Below the pieces are notes generated by a model. The model did not search any database and was not told the origin of the DNA. It was given only the letters and a program-made list of their open reading frames with translations. A stretch of DNA of 36,605 nt from a virus. Its lineage: Duplodnaviria; Caudoviricetes. The position numbers and the translations under genes are program-made. Location: positions 1 to 36,605 of the IMG/VR virus record IMGVR_UViG_3300006105_000054. One strand, given 5' to 3'. Of the stretch, positions 24,501 through 33,166 are shown one piece after another (within the stretch, counting starts at the first letter, position 1; the number at the start of each line of letters is the position of its first letter).

Positions 24501-26776
24501 CTATTCAGGCTGCTATTAAGCGCTTAGAGGCTATGTACATAGACATGTACAGCACCTTCCATGGCAGTGCAGATAAGTTTAATCATGACCTATACAAGCG
24601 TATTTTCCAAGACGCTCAGGGTATTCTTGAGGAGTCTGGCAAGAAGGCAGAGAACGGTTTGCCTACCATATCTAAGGGTAGAGCTATCCGTGAAGCACTG
24701 AAGACTATTAACTTTGATGACTTCAATCAGTTGACTAAGTTCAACCGTCCTGAAGGTAAGATTAACACTGACCTTCACTTTACTCCTAACACCAGCAATG
24801 AAGGTTTCTTGGCTAAGATGGCAGAATGGGCAAAGAACCCAGATGCTATTGGTAATCATCCCCTTGAATGGATGGATGCACAAAACCAGCACATGTTCCG
24901 CCAGCCTGCTATGTGGGTTTCCTACATCAAATACCGTGAGAAGTATGCTCGTTTAGAGCAGCAATACGCACAGGAATTGCAGGATACTAACGGGTGGAGC
25001 AAGGAATTCTCTACTCATCTAGCGCAGAAGAAGTTCACTGAGATTGCAATGAACCATGCGTCTGAGGTTGTGCTCAAGACTTGCAACAACCCAGAGGTTC
25101 GCAGTAACTTGGCATGGGCATTGCGTACATCCGGTCGTTTCTACCGCTCAGTAGAGGACTTCTACCGCCGTGTGTACCGTCTAAAGAACGCTACACCACA
25201 GCTTGTGTACCGTCTACGCCTAGCACATATGGGCTTAGGTGCTACTGGATTCGTCCATAACGACCAGAATGGTGACCCATATCTGCTCATGCCAGCAGAT
25301 AATATTATCTTCCAAGCCCTACAAGGACCAGCACAAGTGCTAGGTCTGGGCATGAAGCAACCTATGTTCGATGACTTTGGTCTGAACCTTACCTTGTCTA
25401 ACCCAACACTGGGTCAGGATGCTGGTATGCCTAGCCTTCAGGGTCCATTCGTTGGACTATCTGTTATGGCAGTACAGAAGATGCTTGGTGAGTGGGGCGG
25501 ACAATGGGGACGAGAAGCCGCTACCAACATTGACAAGGCTGTTCTCGGCAGCGTTAACCAGAATCTCACATGGAATAAAGCCATTATCCCTACCTCGTTA
25601 CAGCGAGCATGGGACATGCTTAGCCCTAATGAGCAGTCACAGCAGTTCACCTCTGCTGCTATGCAGGCTGTTGCCTACAACGCAGCGCATGGTATTGGTC
25701 TTACACCACAGCAAGTTAATGCTATGGCACCAGCAGACCGTGCTGCTGCCATATCAGACTACCTCAATAAGATTAAAGTTACCACGCACAACATCTTGTT
25801 CTTGCGTAACTTCCTAGGGTTCCTGTCACCTATCGCTCCTAACCTACAGGAGTCTCGTGATATCCCTAGCTATCTAAAGAATGTAGGAGTTACGGGCATA
25901 CGTTCTGAGTTTGCAGACATCTTGCAGGCTACTATGAACGCCAGTCGTGGCGAAATTCAGGACCCATACGGCGCTGCTTTGATGGCATACACCGCTAAGT
26001 ATCCCGGTCGTATCGTCTACACAGTGGCACGTGATGCCAAGACAACACAGGTTGCTCTGTCCTACACCAAGGATATGAAGACTTGGCTTGCTAAATACCA
26101 GCCTTTGGTTGACGGCAAGTATGGCGAAGCTGCTCTTATCTTTGCTCCGCATGTAGGACAGTACGATGCCAATGCTTTTGCTTGGATGCAGAACGCAGGA
26201 CTTATTCAGTCCCGTACTCTTGAGGATTACTATAAGGAAGTTGCTATTGCTGGCGACCGTCAGAAGTATTATGACGCCCGCAACCAAGAGCAGGCAGTCC
26301 TTAATGACCCTAACGCATCCTATGCAGACAAGCAATACGCTACTCAAGATGCCAAGTTAACTATGGATAACCTTAAGTTAGTTAACCCATACCTAGAGAT
26401 TGCATTGAATGACAAGTCCTATGGTGTAGGTAAGCAAGAAGATATGCTGAATAACCTACAGGCTATCCTCAAGGGCAATGATATTCCTATGTCTGATGGC
26501 ACACGTCAGAAGATGAAGTTGATTACCGATGCTGTATATCAAGCGGTGCAGGACATTAAGGCTATCAACAGCAACCCTGATACCGTAGATAATAACAACA
26601 TTAAAGAAGCAAGAAAGCAGGCAGTGCTTGCTTTGGTTCGCTCGGTTGGTGGAGCACAGGGTAACAAAACCCCGTCTGACCCAATCGTTGCAGAAGCATT
26701 GAAGTCAATATTCCTACCAGTGCTTGACTATTACGTACGTAACCCAAGCACAGTACAGATAAAGACAGGACAGTAA
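21593..26776 (+). CDS. Very large probable internal virion (ejection) protein
   Basis: 1727 aa helical protein with GTG start coupled to the upstream stop; no tape-measure/tail-tube context; function inferred. Confidence 0.6.
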   Translation: MSLVNPLTPNNGLSAQTAVAAPSLYAAASSLPLNQNQATQINNISSVVGLNQQLAGLSAQDAQKKYQQLDPQVQQQLKSFYGEAPYMQQGQKNFFVRAAGDVLGAVVSPFKAAFKTLGDYGKVINVPYLLGREMTQGDPLSWKSLKTAWDGTEVYDNGSLAQLHKKYGDTDTFVAMNTLDGLTPGKIIEKYGTVNSDILGSIAKMMDKPSEFNSMLNDFKAAQVSPGRDLARVMFSAQPTDNKLHSGFGFRMLSGTLDAAYEILHDPLTWLTGGTDRAVMASEKLGNALAAGTKTVEEAFARGDVRRTWDNVAGPLIEKLAGAREAGDVQAAATARNAIKTQLPAMSNDNLLNEFASAKLFNADAAKNYFSKAEPMTKLLAGSTDSTEFFRTGVPIAKRTHELTSWVNATASKVFNGTATEEEANKFPELMNDIHGIGSDRNQLFTEGIFNADPMRPLTTQGLTDQTQQLASTRLKIGRFMARFPGNTPIGVFDEQVDKSMPALRGLGRLIYPKTFADYFAEAYRQSVPADRVILLRGLYTQIMHNMGLHATEQGQTLMENILKDKFGDQVGYMNQAKIGVPGQFKDELRSGGIVPETADTKADGEFQYYHGGPIHNYQPTTVIGSLPWGQLSDYGLYIGKNARAREIIQSSGAHTARAVARKGVNQWSWLTLFPRLGIRASLDEAMFYSLSAQGRDLYHWGLGKNIGKVVTAFTGDEKQIPPVKRAILNWLDKNPAKALEDADRVKTMNINGEERFILDDKENIVKNLQNYLEGVLPKGKAVVDEEHQRVTYPHQEKLINWVTQMLVHTDGAVSNALINSSIGKSSIEALNGGDFSYDLTSKSALTRAMKELGFTSKGKYDMIEANTLDAIHGSYVAMAHFKNFYLRFLRNAMNYGPKGTYEHYFNPAEIFFNHRGGIAEGDLTKMVDESLGKLSVDTTKMEVTKPDILEKFLQGSNQWGVDKAAGVPPIQAAIKRLEAMYIDMYSTFHGSADKFNHDLYKRIFQDAQGILEESGKKAENGLPTISKGRAIREALKTINFDDFNQLTKFNRPEGKINTDLHFTPNTSNEGFLAKMAEWAKNPDAIGNHPLEWMDAQNQHMFRQPAMWVSYIKYREKYARLEQQYAQELQDTNGWSKEFSTHLAQKKFTEIAMNHASEVVLKTCNNPEVRSNLAWALRTSGRFYRSVEDFYRRVYRLKNATPQLVYRLRLAHMGLGATGFVHNDQNGDPYLLMPADNIIFQALQGPAQVLGLGMKQPMFDDFGLNLTLSNPTLGQDAGMPSLQGPFVGLSVMAVQKMLGEWGGQWGREAATNIDKAVLGSVNQNLTWNKAIIPTSLQRAWDMLSPNEQSQQFTSAAMQAVAYNAAHGIGLTPQQVNAMAPADRAAAISDYLNKIKVTTHNILFLRNFLGFLSPIAPNLQESRDIPSYLKNVGVTGIRSEFADILQATMNASRGEIQDPYGAALMAYTAKYPGRIVYTVARDAKTTQVALSYTKDMKTWLAKYQPLVDGKYGEAALIFAPHVGQYDANAFAWMQNAGLIQSRTLEDYYKEVAIAGDRQKYYDARNQEQAVLNDPNASYADKQYATQDAKLTMDNLKLVNPYLEIALNDKSYGVGKQEDMLNNLQAILKGNDIPMSDGTRQKMKLITDAVYQAVQDIKAINSNPDTVDNNNIKEARKQAVLALVRSVGGAQGNKTPSDPIVAEALKSIFLPVLDYYVRNPSTVQIKTGQ

Positions 26777-28488
26777 TGGCTACCCCAACACCAGAAGCTA
26801 TCAAGGTATGGATGACACAGCATCCAGGTACCACTGCTGCCCAAGCTATGGCTGCTTTGACTACTCCTGACACCCGTATTGCTATTGGTACTGCACCTAC
26901 AACTGCACCCGCAGCTTCACCAGCTAATACATTTGCTGCTATAGGTAGACCTAATCCATACGCTTACTGGTCAGGTGGGGGCAATGCTTCTACCACAATT
27001 CCGCTTACATTACAACAACAAGTTGATGCTCTAAAGATTGTCAACCCTGATGATGCTGCCAGCATGGAAGCGTTGATTAAAGCCAACGCATCCAAGGCTG
27101 ACCCTACTGCTACAACAGGGGTAGGTACGGCAGGTACAACAGGTGCAGCCGGTACTGGAGCACTGCCTATTGGTGCTGACATTACAGCTGGCTCTAACTA
27201 CAGCAATAACTATGCTGTTGACTTTACTGGTATTGCTGTGGGTTCAACCCAGAAGCCACTACAAGTGGTTACTAACAGCAAGAATCAAACGGTTGTTGTA
27301 CGCCCTGATGCTGCTGGTGCCCTGCACCAAGTGGTTATCATTGCCAATCCAGCCGACCCAACACGCTACATGGTGTCGGATGTGTCTAATGTTCCTACCA
27401 TTGCGGCTCAATATGTAGCCGCTAATGGTGGTCTTGCTGCGGTTAAGAGGCAGCTAGATAACATGAACCTGTTCGCTAACCCACGGGCAGCACAGGCTTC
27501 ATTGAAGTCACCTACAACATACGACGATGCGTTCTATGCAGCGTTCACTCGTCTGATGTTGAACAACACCTTGACCAACTACAACGCTGGCAAGGCTGGA
27601 TACCAGACATTTATACCCCTTACGCAAACCCTTACAGGTCAAACACCTGGCGGTTTAGCTGGTACTCGTAACTCTACTAACTACACCATTACTCCTGCTA
27701 TCACTGCAGATAAAGACATCAACACCTTTATTCAGCAGAACCTTGGTCGTCAAGCCACAGCCAAGGAGCAGGCAGACTACCTCAAGACTTTGAATGATTA
27801 CGAGAAGGCACACCCTGACCGTAAGACTGCAACCACAGACCAAGCTGGCTTTGAGAAGACAGCATTCAACTATCTCGGTGCTACTCAGGCAGACAAAGAT
27901 GCTATCAAGGTAGCACTTATGCATGATGAACTAGCAGCCAAGGGCGTTAATGCTGATGCTATCTCAGCTAGTGGTGGTGCTATTGCACAGGGTATGCAGG
28001 GTATTCAAGAGACAGCAGCCAAGTATGGCTTGGGTCACATGGATAATGTGAATGCATTGGGCGCCATCATTGACGCCAGCAAGATAACTGCATCCAAGAT
28101 GACCAACGCAGATACCTTGGCTCTCATGAATGAAACCCTTAAGCCCGGCGGTAGCGTAGACCAGATTTATACCAAGCTCAAGGAGCAAGCCAAGCTTGCT
28201 TACAAGCCACTGGCTAACTACATAGATGCAGGCGGCACAGTCAAAGACATTGCCGACCAGTACAACTCCATTACCCAGAAGGTTCTTGAGACTGTATCAC
28301 CTGCCGATGTATTTAACCCAGACATCCAGAAGGCACTACAAGGAGATGGTAAGGGTAACCTCATGAGTCTTAATGATTACACCATCATGCTGAAGAACAA
28401 GCCTGAATGGATGCAGACTCAGAACGCTAAGGAAGAAGCGGCTAACTACGCCAATACAATCCTTAAGTCCTTTGGGTTGGTGGGATAA
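26776..28488 (+). CDS. Probable internal virion / ejection protein
   Basis: 570 aa, Ala/Thr/Gln-rich, TAATG-coupled on both sides. Confidence 0.55.
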   Translation: MATPTPEAIKVWMTQHPGTTAAQAMAALTTPDTRIAIGTAPTTAPAASPANTFAAIGRPNPYAYWSGGGNASTTIPLTLQQQVDALKIVNPDDAASMEALIKANASKADPTATTGVGTAGTTGAAGTGALPIGADITAGSNYSNNYAVDFTGIAVGSTQKPLQVVTNSKNQTVVVRPDAAGALHQVVIIANPADPTRYMVSDVSNVPTIAAQYVAANGGLAAVKRQLDNMNLFANPRAAQASLKSPTTYDDAFYAAFTRLMLNNTLTNYNAGKAGYQTFIPLTQTLTGQTPGGLAGTRNSTNYTITPAITADKDINTFIQQNLGRQATAKEQADYLKTLNDYEKAHPDRKTATTDQAGFEKTAFNYLGATQADKDAIKVALMHDELAAKGVNADAISASGGAIAQGMQGIQETAAKYGLGHMDNVNALGAIIDASKITASKMTNADTLALMNETLKPGGSVDQIYTKLKEQAKLAYKPLANYIDAGGTVKDIADQYNSITQKVLETVSPADVFNPDIQKALQGDGKGNLMSLNDYTIMLKNKPEWMQTQNAKEEAANYANTILKSFGLVG

Positions 28489-29651
28489 TGGCGCGTTCAT
28501 CAGAATTCGGCGGAGACGCTAGCGCAGTAGCAGCCAACACCCCCACTCCTGCGCCTGCTCCTGCTTCAAGTTTGGATGCAGCGCTTACTGCTTCGCTAGC
28601 TCAGCTGTCTGATTTTAATAAATCTGCTACAGCTCTTATTGCTCAGGACCAAGCAGCAGCTACAGGCACTGCTTCTAACAAAAGTATCATTGACCTTGGT
28701 ACCGCTGCTGCTGCTGATTACAAAGCAGTCATGACTCCTGTTGACCCAATGCTCAAGCTGCAGCAAGATGCACAGAATGCTGCCCGCATTGACGCTCTTA
28801 GTCTTCTTCAGGATACCTTCACAGCCTACGGTCTTACCGAACTAATCCCTACTATCAAGGGATTCATGACAGGTAACGTTGGTGCAGGAGAAGCTACCTT
28901 GCTTCTCAAGCAGACCGATGCATACAAGCAACGCTTTGCTGGTAACATCACTCGCGTAGCCAATGGACAGAATGCATTGAGTGAGACAGACTATCTTTCA
29001 CTAGAGAACCAGTACACAGACTTGATGTCTCAGTACGGTGTAAAGAATCTTGCTACCCGTACACAGTTTGCTACCTTGATTGGTAACGATGTCTCTGCAT
29101 CTGAACTCAACTCACGCCTTGACTTGGCAGTGAACAAGGTACAGAACGCAGACCCACAGGTACTTGCTACCTTGAAGTCATACTACCCAACAGTCAGTAA
29201 CTCTGACTTGGCCAGCTACTTCCTAGCACCGGGTGAGACTCTACCTCAACTACAGCAACAGACCCTTGCTGCTCAGATTGGTACCTATGCTACCGAGCAA
29301 CTTACACCGGGAGCAACCACACCTGAGATTAGCCAAGCACGTGCTATGCAGATTGCACAGTCTGGTGTTACTGAGTCTCAAGCCAAGACTGGCTATGAGA
29401 CCATCGGTGTCGAGCTACCAATTGCTAGCAAGCTAGCCACCATTTATGGTGCATCTGGTATCAACTATGACCAGACTGCAGCTGAAGCAGAACAGTTCGG
29501 CTTAACAGGTGCGGCGAGCGCCGCCCGTGCTAAGCAACGGCTACAGGAACTTGAGAAGGCTCAGTTCTCTGGACGCTCTGGTGTAGCTGGAGCAAGCGCA
29601 GCAGCTGGATACAGCGGCTCACTTGGCAAGTCAATCCAAGGCAAGTTCTAA
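28488..29651 (+). CDS. Probable internal virion / ejection protein
   Basis: 387 aa, Ala/Gln-rich helical protein, Y..RFAG motif, Gly/Ser-rich C-terminus. Confidence 0.55.
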   Translation: MARSSEFGGDASAVAANTPTPAPAPASSLDAALTASLAQLSDFNKSATALIAQDQAAATGTASNKSIIDLGTAAAADYKAVMTPVDPMLKLQQDAQNAARIDALSLLQDTFTAYGLTELIPTIKGFMTGNVGAGEATLLLKQTDAYKQRFAGNITRVANGQNALSETDYLSLENQYTDLMSQYGVKNLATRTQFATLIGNDVSASELNSRLDLAVNKVQNADPQVLATLKSYYPTVSNSDLASYFLAPGETLPQLQQQTLAAQIGTYATEQLTPGATTPEISQARAMQIAQSGVTESQAKTGYETIGVELPIASKLATIYGASGINYDQTAAEAEQFGLTGAASAARAKQRLQELEKAQFSGRSGVAGASAAAGYSGSLGKSIQGKF

Positions 29652-29659
29652 ATAGATTC

Positions 29660-29770
29660 CCGTGCGGACCGACCGGCCCCGTACGGCGTATAAGAAACCG
29701 GTAGTAGAAGCCAGCCACCTTTCCCCGAGGGTGAACTGAGGTCTGCGATACAACAAACAGAATGGGAGAA
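29660..29770 (+). promoter_or_regulatory. Structured 5' leader (H-type pseudoknot plus anti-SD hairpin) of the scaffold-capsid genes
   Basis: CCGUGCGG/CCGUACGG stem, loop ACCGG pairing with CCGGU at 29698-29702; second hairpin 29704-29746 exposes UUUCCCC, complementary to the SD GGGAGA. Confidence 0.6.
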
Positions 29771-29778
29771 CGGTTGCT

Positions 29779-30261
29779 ATGGCAACAAACACTGACTACG
29801 AAGACGACTTCGATGACCTCGAAGAAACTTCTGCACCAGAGGACAACAGTAATCTGGTGAAGCAACTACGCAAACAGTTGCGTGAACAACAGAAAGTAAA
29901 CAAGGACATCTCTGAGAAGTTTGAGTCGCTCTCAAAAGCTCAGAAAGAACGAGTCGTTAAGGAAGTCTTGGAAGCTAAGGGCGTCAACCAAAAGGCTGCC
30001 CGCTTAATCATGAAGGACTTGGAAGACGTTAACGAGGAGACAGTCTCGCACTGGCTCGATGATAACGGCGAACTGTTTGGATTGAGTAAGCCAGTTGAGG
30101 TAGACCCTCAGCAACAACTTGACCGGGCTGCCCTACGGCAGCAAGACCTTGTCACCCAAGGTGCATTGTCACCGGACAAATCGCTCGATGCGATTCAGCG
30201 AATCAACGACGCAGGTTCTGCGGAGGAGATTATCGCAATGATTCAGTCGGGCAACTTTTAA
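29779..30261 (+). CDS. Capsid scaffolding protein
   Basis: Acidic N-terminus, coiled coil, immediately upstream of the major capsid gene. Confidence 0.75.
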   Translation: MATNTDYEDDFDDLEETSAPEDNSNLVKQLRKQLREQQKVNKDISEKFESLSKAQKERVVKEVLEAKGVNQKAARLIMKDLEDVNEETVSHWLDDNGELFGLSKPVEVDPQQQLDRAALRQQDLVTQGALSPDKSLDAIQRINDAGSAEEIIAMIQSGNF

Positions 30262-30299
30262 TCAACCGAATCTAACATCCTCATAAGGAGGTGCAACAC

Positions 30300-31469
30300 A
30301 TGGCAAATGCATATACAAATACCGGCTCTACCTCTCTCGGAGGTACCGTTGGTGCAGCAGGTCTCGTACAGAAGGCTTATGACCGCCTCATCGAGTTCGC
30401 GCTCCGTGCACAGCCACTTGTCCGCGCAGTAGCAGACAAGACCCCTGCTCGTCAGAGCATTCCGGGTTCCTCAGTTGTATTGCAACGCTACGTTGACTTG
30501 ACTCAGAAGACTTCGTCTCTTACTGAAACAGTTGACCCAGATGCAGTAGCACTGGCTACCCCAACCTACACAACCATTACTCTTCAAGAGTACGGTAACG
30601 CGGTACTTGTTACACGTGCATTGGAACTCTTCAGCCTTGCTGATGTAGACCCAGCCGTTGCTAACATCATCGCCTACAACATGGCAGACTCTGTCGATGT
30701 TCTCGCACAGAACGTACTTGCTACAGGCGCAAACGTATTGCGTCCTAACGCACGTACTTCTTCTGCAACTGTTACTTCTTCAGATACCTTCAACTCTGCA
30801 TCAGCTCGTAAGGCTGTTGCTAAGTTGCGTTCAAACAAGGCTATCCCTCGTAAGGGTAACCTCTACTGGGCAGGTATCCACCCAGAAGTTGCACACGACC
30901 TTCGCGCCGAAACAGGCGTGGGTTCATGGCGCCAGCCACACGAGTACCAAGCAAATGATGAGATTTGGGCGGGAGAAATCGGTACCTACGAAGGTGCTTT
31001 CTACGTCGAGTCTCCTCGTATGTTTGCTAACAAGTCAGGTGCAAACCTTTCAACAGTAAGCACAACCACCACAACATCACAGGCTTCGGGAGATACCACA
31101 ATTACTCTCGCATCTACCTCTGGTATTGCTGTTGGTGACTCTGTTGCTATCACTGGTGCTGCTACCGGAAACGTCATCACTGCCATCTCCGGTTCAACTG
31201 CAACTTTGACAACAGCTCTCGCTGCTGCTATCACCTCTGGTGTTGCAGTAACTGTTACCCCTGTGGTCAAGGTGTTCAACACCTACTTCGCTGGACAGCA
31301 GGCATTGGCTGAAGCCGTTGCCGAAGAGTTCCACGTCGTCATCGGACCAGTAGTTGACAAGCTCATGCGTCACCGCCCATTGGGTTGGTACGGCGTTGCT
31401 GGCTGGTCAATCTACCGTGATGAGGCTCTCTATCGCATTGAGTCTACATCTTCAATCGACTTTCAATAA
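30300..31469 (+). CDS. Major capsid protein (N4-gp56-like HK97 fold)
   Basis: Strong SD TAAGGAGG, highly biased codons, T.TLQEYGN, IHP.V.HDLR, GEIG.YEG..F.E and D.L.R...GWY motifs. Confidence 0.9.
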   Translation: MANAYTNTGSTSLGGTVGAAGLVQKAYDRLIEFALRAQPLVRAVADKTPARQSIPGSSVVLQRYVDLTQKTSSLTETVDPDAVALATPTYTTITLQEYGNAVLVTRALELFSLADVDPAVANIIAYNMADSVDVLAQNVLATGANVLRPNARTSSATVTSSDTFNSASARKAVAKLRSNKAIPRKGNLYWAGIHPEVAHDLRAETGVGSWRQPHEYQANDEIWAGEIGTYEGAFYVESPRMFANKSGANLSTVSTTTTTSQASGDTTITLASTSGIAVGDSVAITGAATGNVITAISGSTATLTTALAAAITSGVAVTVTPVVKVFNTYFAGQQALAEAVAEEFHVVIGPVVDKLMRHRPLGWYGVAGWSIYRDEALYRIESTSSIDFQ

Positions 31470-31479
31470 TAGTTAATTG

Positions 31480-31521
31480 ACTGTAAGGCTGGGAACGGCG
31501 AACACGACCCAGCCTTATGGT
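31480..31521 (+). other. 14-bp hairpin after the capsid gene (stabiliser, processing site or weak terminator)
   Basis: ACUGUAAGGCUGGG / CCCAGCCUUAUGGU with G-U pairs on the + strand and no U-tract. Confidence 0.6.
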
Positions 31522-31543
31522 GAGTCCACTATTAAGGAGTGAC

Positions 31544-31810
31544 ATGACTAAGTATTACTTCACAACTCCTACTACCTCTGAAGGACCAGCAGGTGGTGGA
31601 CGTTTGTTTATCCGCTTTCGCCTAGAACGCGGCATCACTGTCTATCGGCAAGCTGGCAAATGGTACGAGATTCGGTACCCAACCGAAGACCAGACCAGCG
31701 CAGCTGACCCGGGTTGGGTTTTCTACGGTGGTTACAAGAACTACATTACTGATGAGCAAAGGACGGAACTCATTGCAGCAGGATACGGAAGCTACATCTT
31801 CTCAGAGTAA
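31544..31810 (+). CDS. Small structural-region hypothetical protein
   Basis: ATG at 31544 after SD TAAGGAG; 88 aa. Confidence 0.75.
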   Translation: MTKYYFTTPTTSEGPAGGGRLFIRFRLERGITVYRQAGKWYEIRYPTEDQTSAADPGWVFYGGYKNYITDEQRTELIAAGYGSYIFSE

Positions 31811-32261
31811 GTGCGACCTTGAAGGTCACATCACCAAGCTGGTGAATGTCAATCTCTTTACCTATGAACCTGAGTACTACGGGTGCACACGATGTGATGC
31901 ACGGTCAGATACTCGATGGGCAGACTTCGGTCAGGTGGCTGGTAACCCAGACCACACTGGCACAGAAGACTGCACCTGCTTTGGCTGCAAGATTAAAACC
32001 CTTGAGCTGAATGCAGGAGATGCCCGCAGCGATGTGGTGGCATCAGGCACTACCCAGAAGAAGTGGGATGCCGAATTAGATTTCTATAAGCGAGCCCGTG
32101 CGGATGGTATCCAACCGGAGGGAACCAATCGAGCTGCTATAGAAAAGGCATACCAAGCCTCAGAGGTTCTCAACAAACCCTATGACGGTGGCACGATGCC
32201 AAAGGCAGCAGTGATTAACAAGTCAACAGCAGAAGTTATGAAAGAAGTAGGAGCAGTCTAA
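31752..32261 (+). CDS. Hypothetical protein with Cys/His zinc motifs (start uncertain)
   Basis: CTRC and CTCFGCK motifs plus KKWD.EL..Y..AR..GIQP; overlaps the upstream gene. Confidence 0.65.
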   Translation: MSKGRNSLQQDTEATSSQSKCDLEGHITKLVNVNLFTYEPEYYGCTRCDARSDTRWADFGQVAGNPDHTGTEDCTCFGCKIKTLELNAGDARSDVVASGTTQKKWDAELDFYKRARADGIQPEGTNRAAIEKAYQASEVLNKPYDGGTMPKAAVINKSTAEVMKEVGAV

Positions 32262-32380
32262 TGTGCGCATCATGCGGATGTTCAGGTCAAGTAGTCAGCC
32301 CTCGTACTAAGGCTTCGGATAATTCTCACATTACCCCCGGTCAAGGCAGCGTAGGCTCAGCAACAGGAAAAGGAAAATAA
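32261..32380 (+). CDS. 39-aa microprotein MCASCGC...PGQ...GKGK (not in ORF track)
   Basis: TAATG-coupled start with SD AGGAG; open frame to TAA at 32380. Confidence 0.65.
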   Translation: MCASCGCSGQVVSPRTKASDNSHITPGQGSVGSATGKGK

Positions 32381-32381
32381 T

Positions 32382-32525
32382 ATGTGCGTCAATTCAGTAG
32401 ACGGTTGCGATTGCAATAACGAAACCGCCGTCACCATCAAAGCACCAGTCAGAGTTGCGCCGGGTCAAGATGCTTCAGTCATCAAAGGCTTCGACGTTCC
32501 AACACCATATGGAAAAGGAAAATAA
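32382..32525 (+). CDS. 47-aa microprotein MCVNSVDGCDC...PGQ...GKGK (not in ORF track)
   Basis: Starts 1 nt after the previous stop with SD AAAGGA; resembles the preceding microprotein. Confidence 0.65.
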   Translation: MCVNSVDGCDCNNETAVTIKAPVRVAPGQDASVIKGFDVPTPYGKGK

Positions 32526-32527
32526 AA

Positions 32528-32722
32528 ATGGCAGACATGATGAACCCGAAGCAACGTAGCTCAGCTACCGATGTTTCAAATGTTAACAAGGCTGACTTCT
32601 TTGGAGGAGTCGGACCAGCAGCAGCACCTATGGCACAGCCAAACGTTGGCAAGACAGGCATGGGTCCTTCTGAAGTAGTACAAGGCGTATACGTCGCACC
32701 TGAAGCTGGACGTAACAAGTAA
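32528..32722 (+). CDS. 64-aa hypothetical protein
   Basis: SD AAAGGA; tightly packed with neighbours. Confidence 0.65.
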   Translation: MADMMNPKQRSSATDVSNVNKADFFGGVGPAAAPMAQPNVGKTGMGPSEVVQGVYVAPEAGRNK

Positions 32723-32901
32723 TGGCAAAGGGCATGGGCTTCGCAGCCGCCCAAAAGAAAATCGCTAAGAAGCAGGGCATCCCGACAAAGAACGCAGGAG
32801 CAATCCTCGCAGTTTCTACTCGCGCTGCATCACCTGCTGCTAAGGCAAAGAATCCAAACCTAAAGAAAGTGGCAATGCCACAGAAAAAAGGCGGAAAGTA
32901 A
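32722..32901 (+). CDS. 59-aa Lys/Ala-rich basic protein (not in ORF track)
   Basis: MAKGMGFAAAQKKIAKKQG...AGAILA..TR.ASPAAKAKNPNLKKV...; TAATG-coupled. Confidence 0.7.
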   Translation: MAKGMGFAAAQKKIAKKQGIPTKNAGAILAVSTRAASPAAKAKNPNLKKVAMPQKKGGK

Positions 32902-32902
32902 G

Positions 32903-33166
32903 ATGACCTCTCCAGACCCACGCCTCAAGCGTGCAGGTGTATCAGGCTACAACAAGCCTAAGCGTACACCTAGCCACCCTACTAAGTCTCACGTTGTTGT
33001 GGCTAAGTCAGGTGACCAAGTGAAGACTATTCGCTTCGGTCAGCAAGGCGTGACTGGAGACCATCAACCTACAGCACGACAGAAATCATTTAAGGCACGT
33101 CATGCCGCGAACATTGCCAAGGGCAAAATGAGCGCAGCATACTGGGCAGATAAGGTGAAGTGGTAA
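32903..33166 (+). CDS. Basic conserved phage protein (possible DNA-binding virion protein)
   Basis: NKPKRTP.HPTKSH, IRFGQQG, SFKARH and SAAYWA.KVKW motifs. Confidence 0.75.
   Translation: MTSPDPRLKRAGVSGYNKPKRTPSHPTKSHVVVAKSGDQVKTIRFGQQGVTGDHQPTARQKSFKARHAANIAKGKMSAAYWADKVKW

Noticed and set aside
21593-26776. Tape measure protein or virion RNA polymerase
   Set aside because: No tail tube/assembly chaperone context or periodic aromatic repeats, and no recognisable polymerase catalytic motifs
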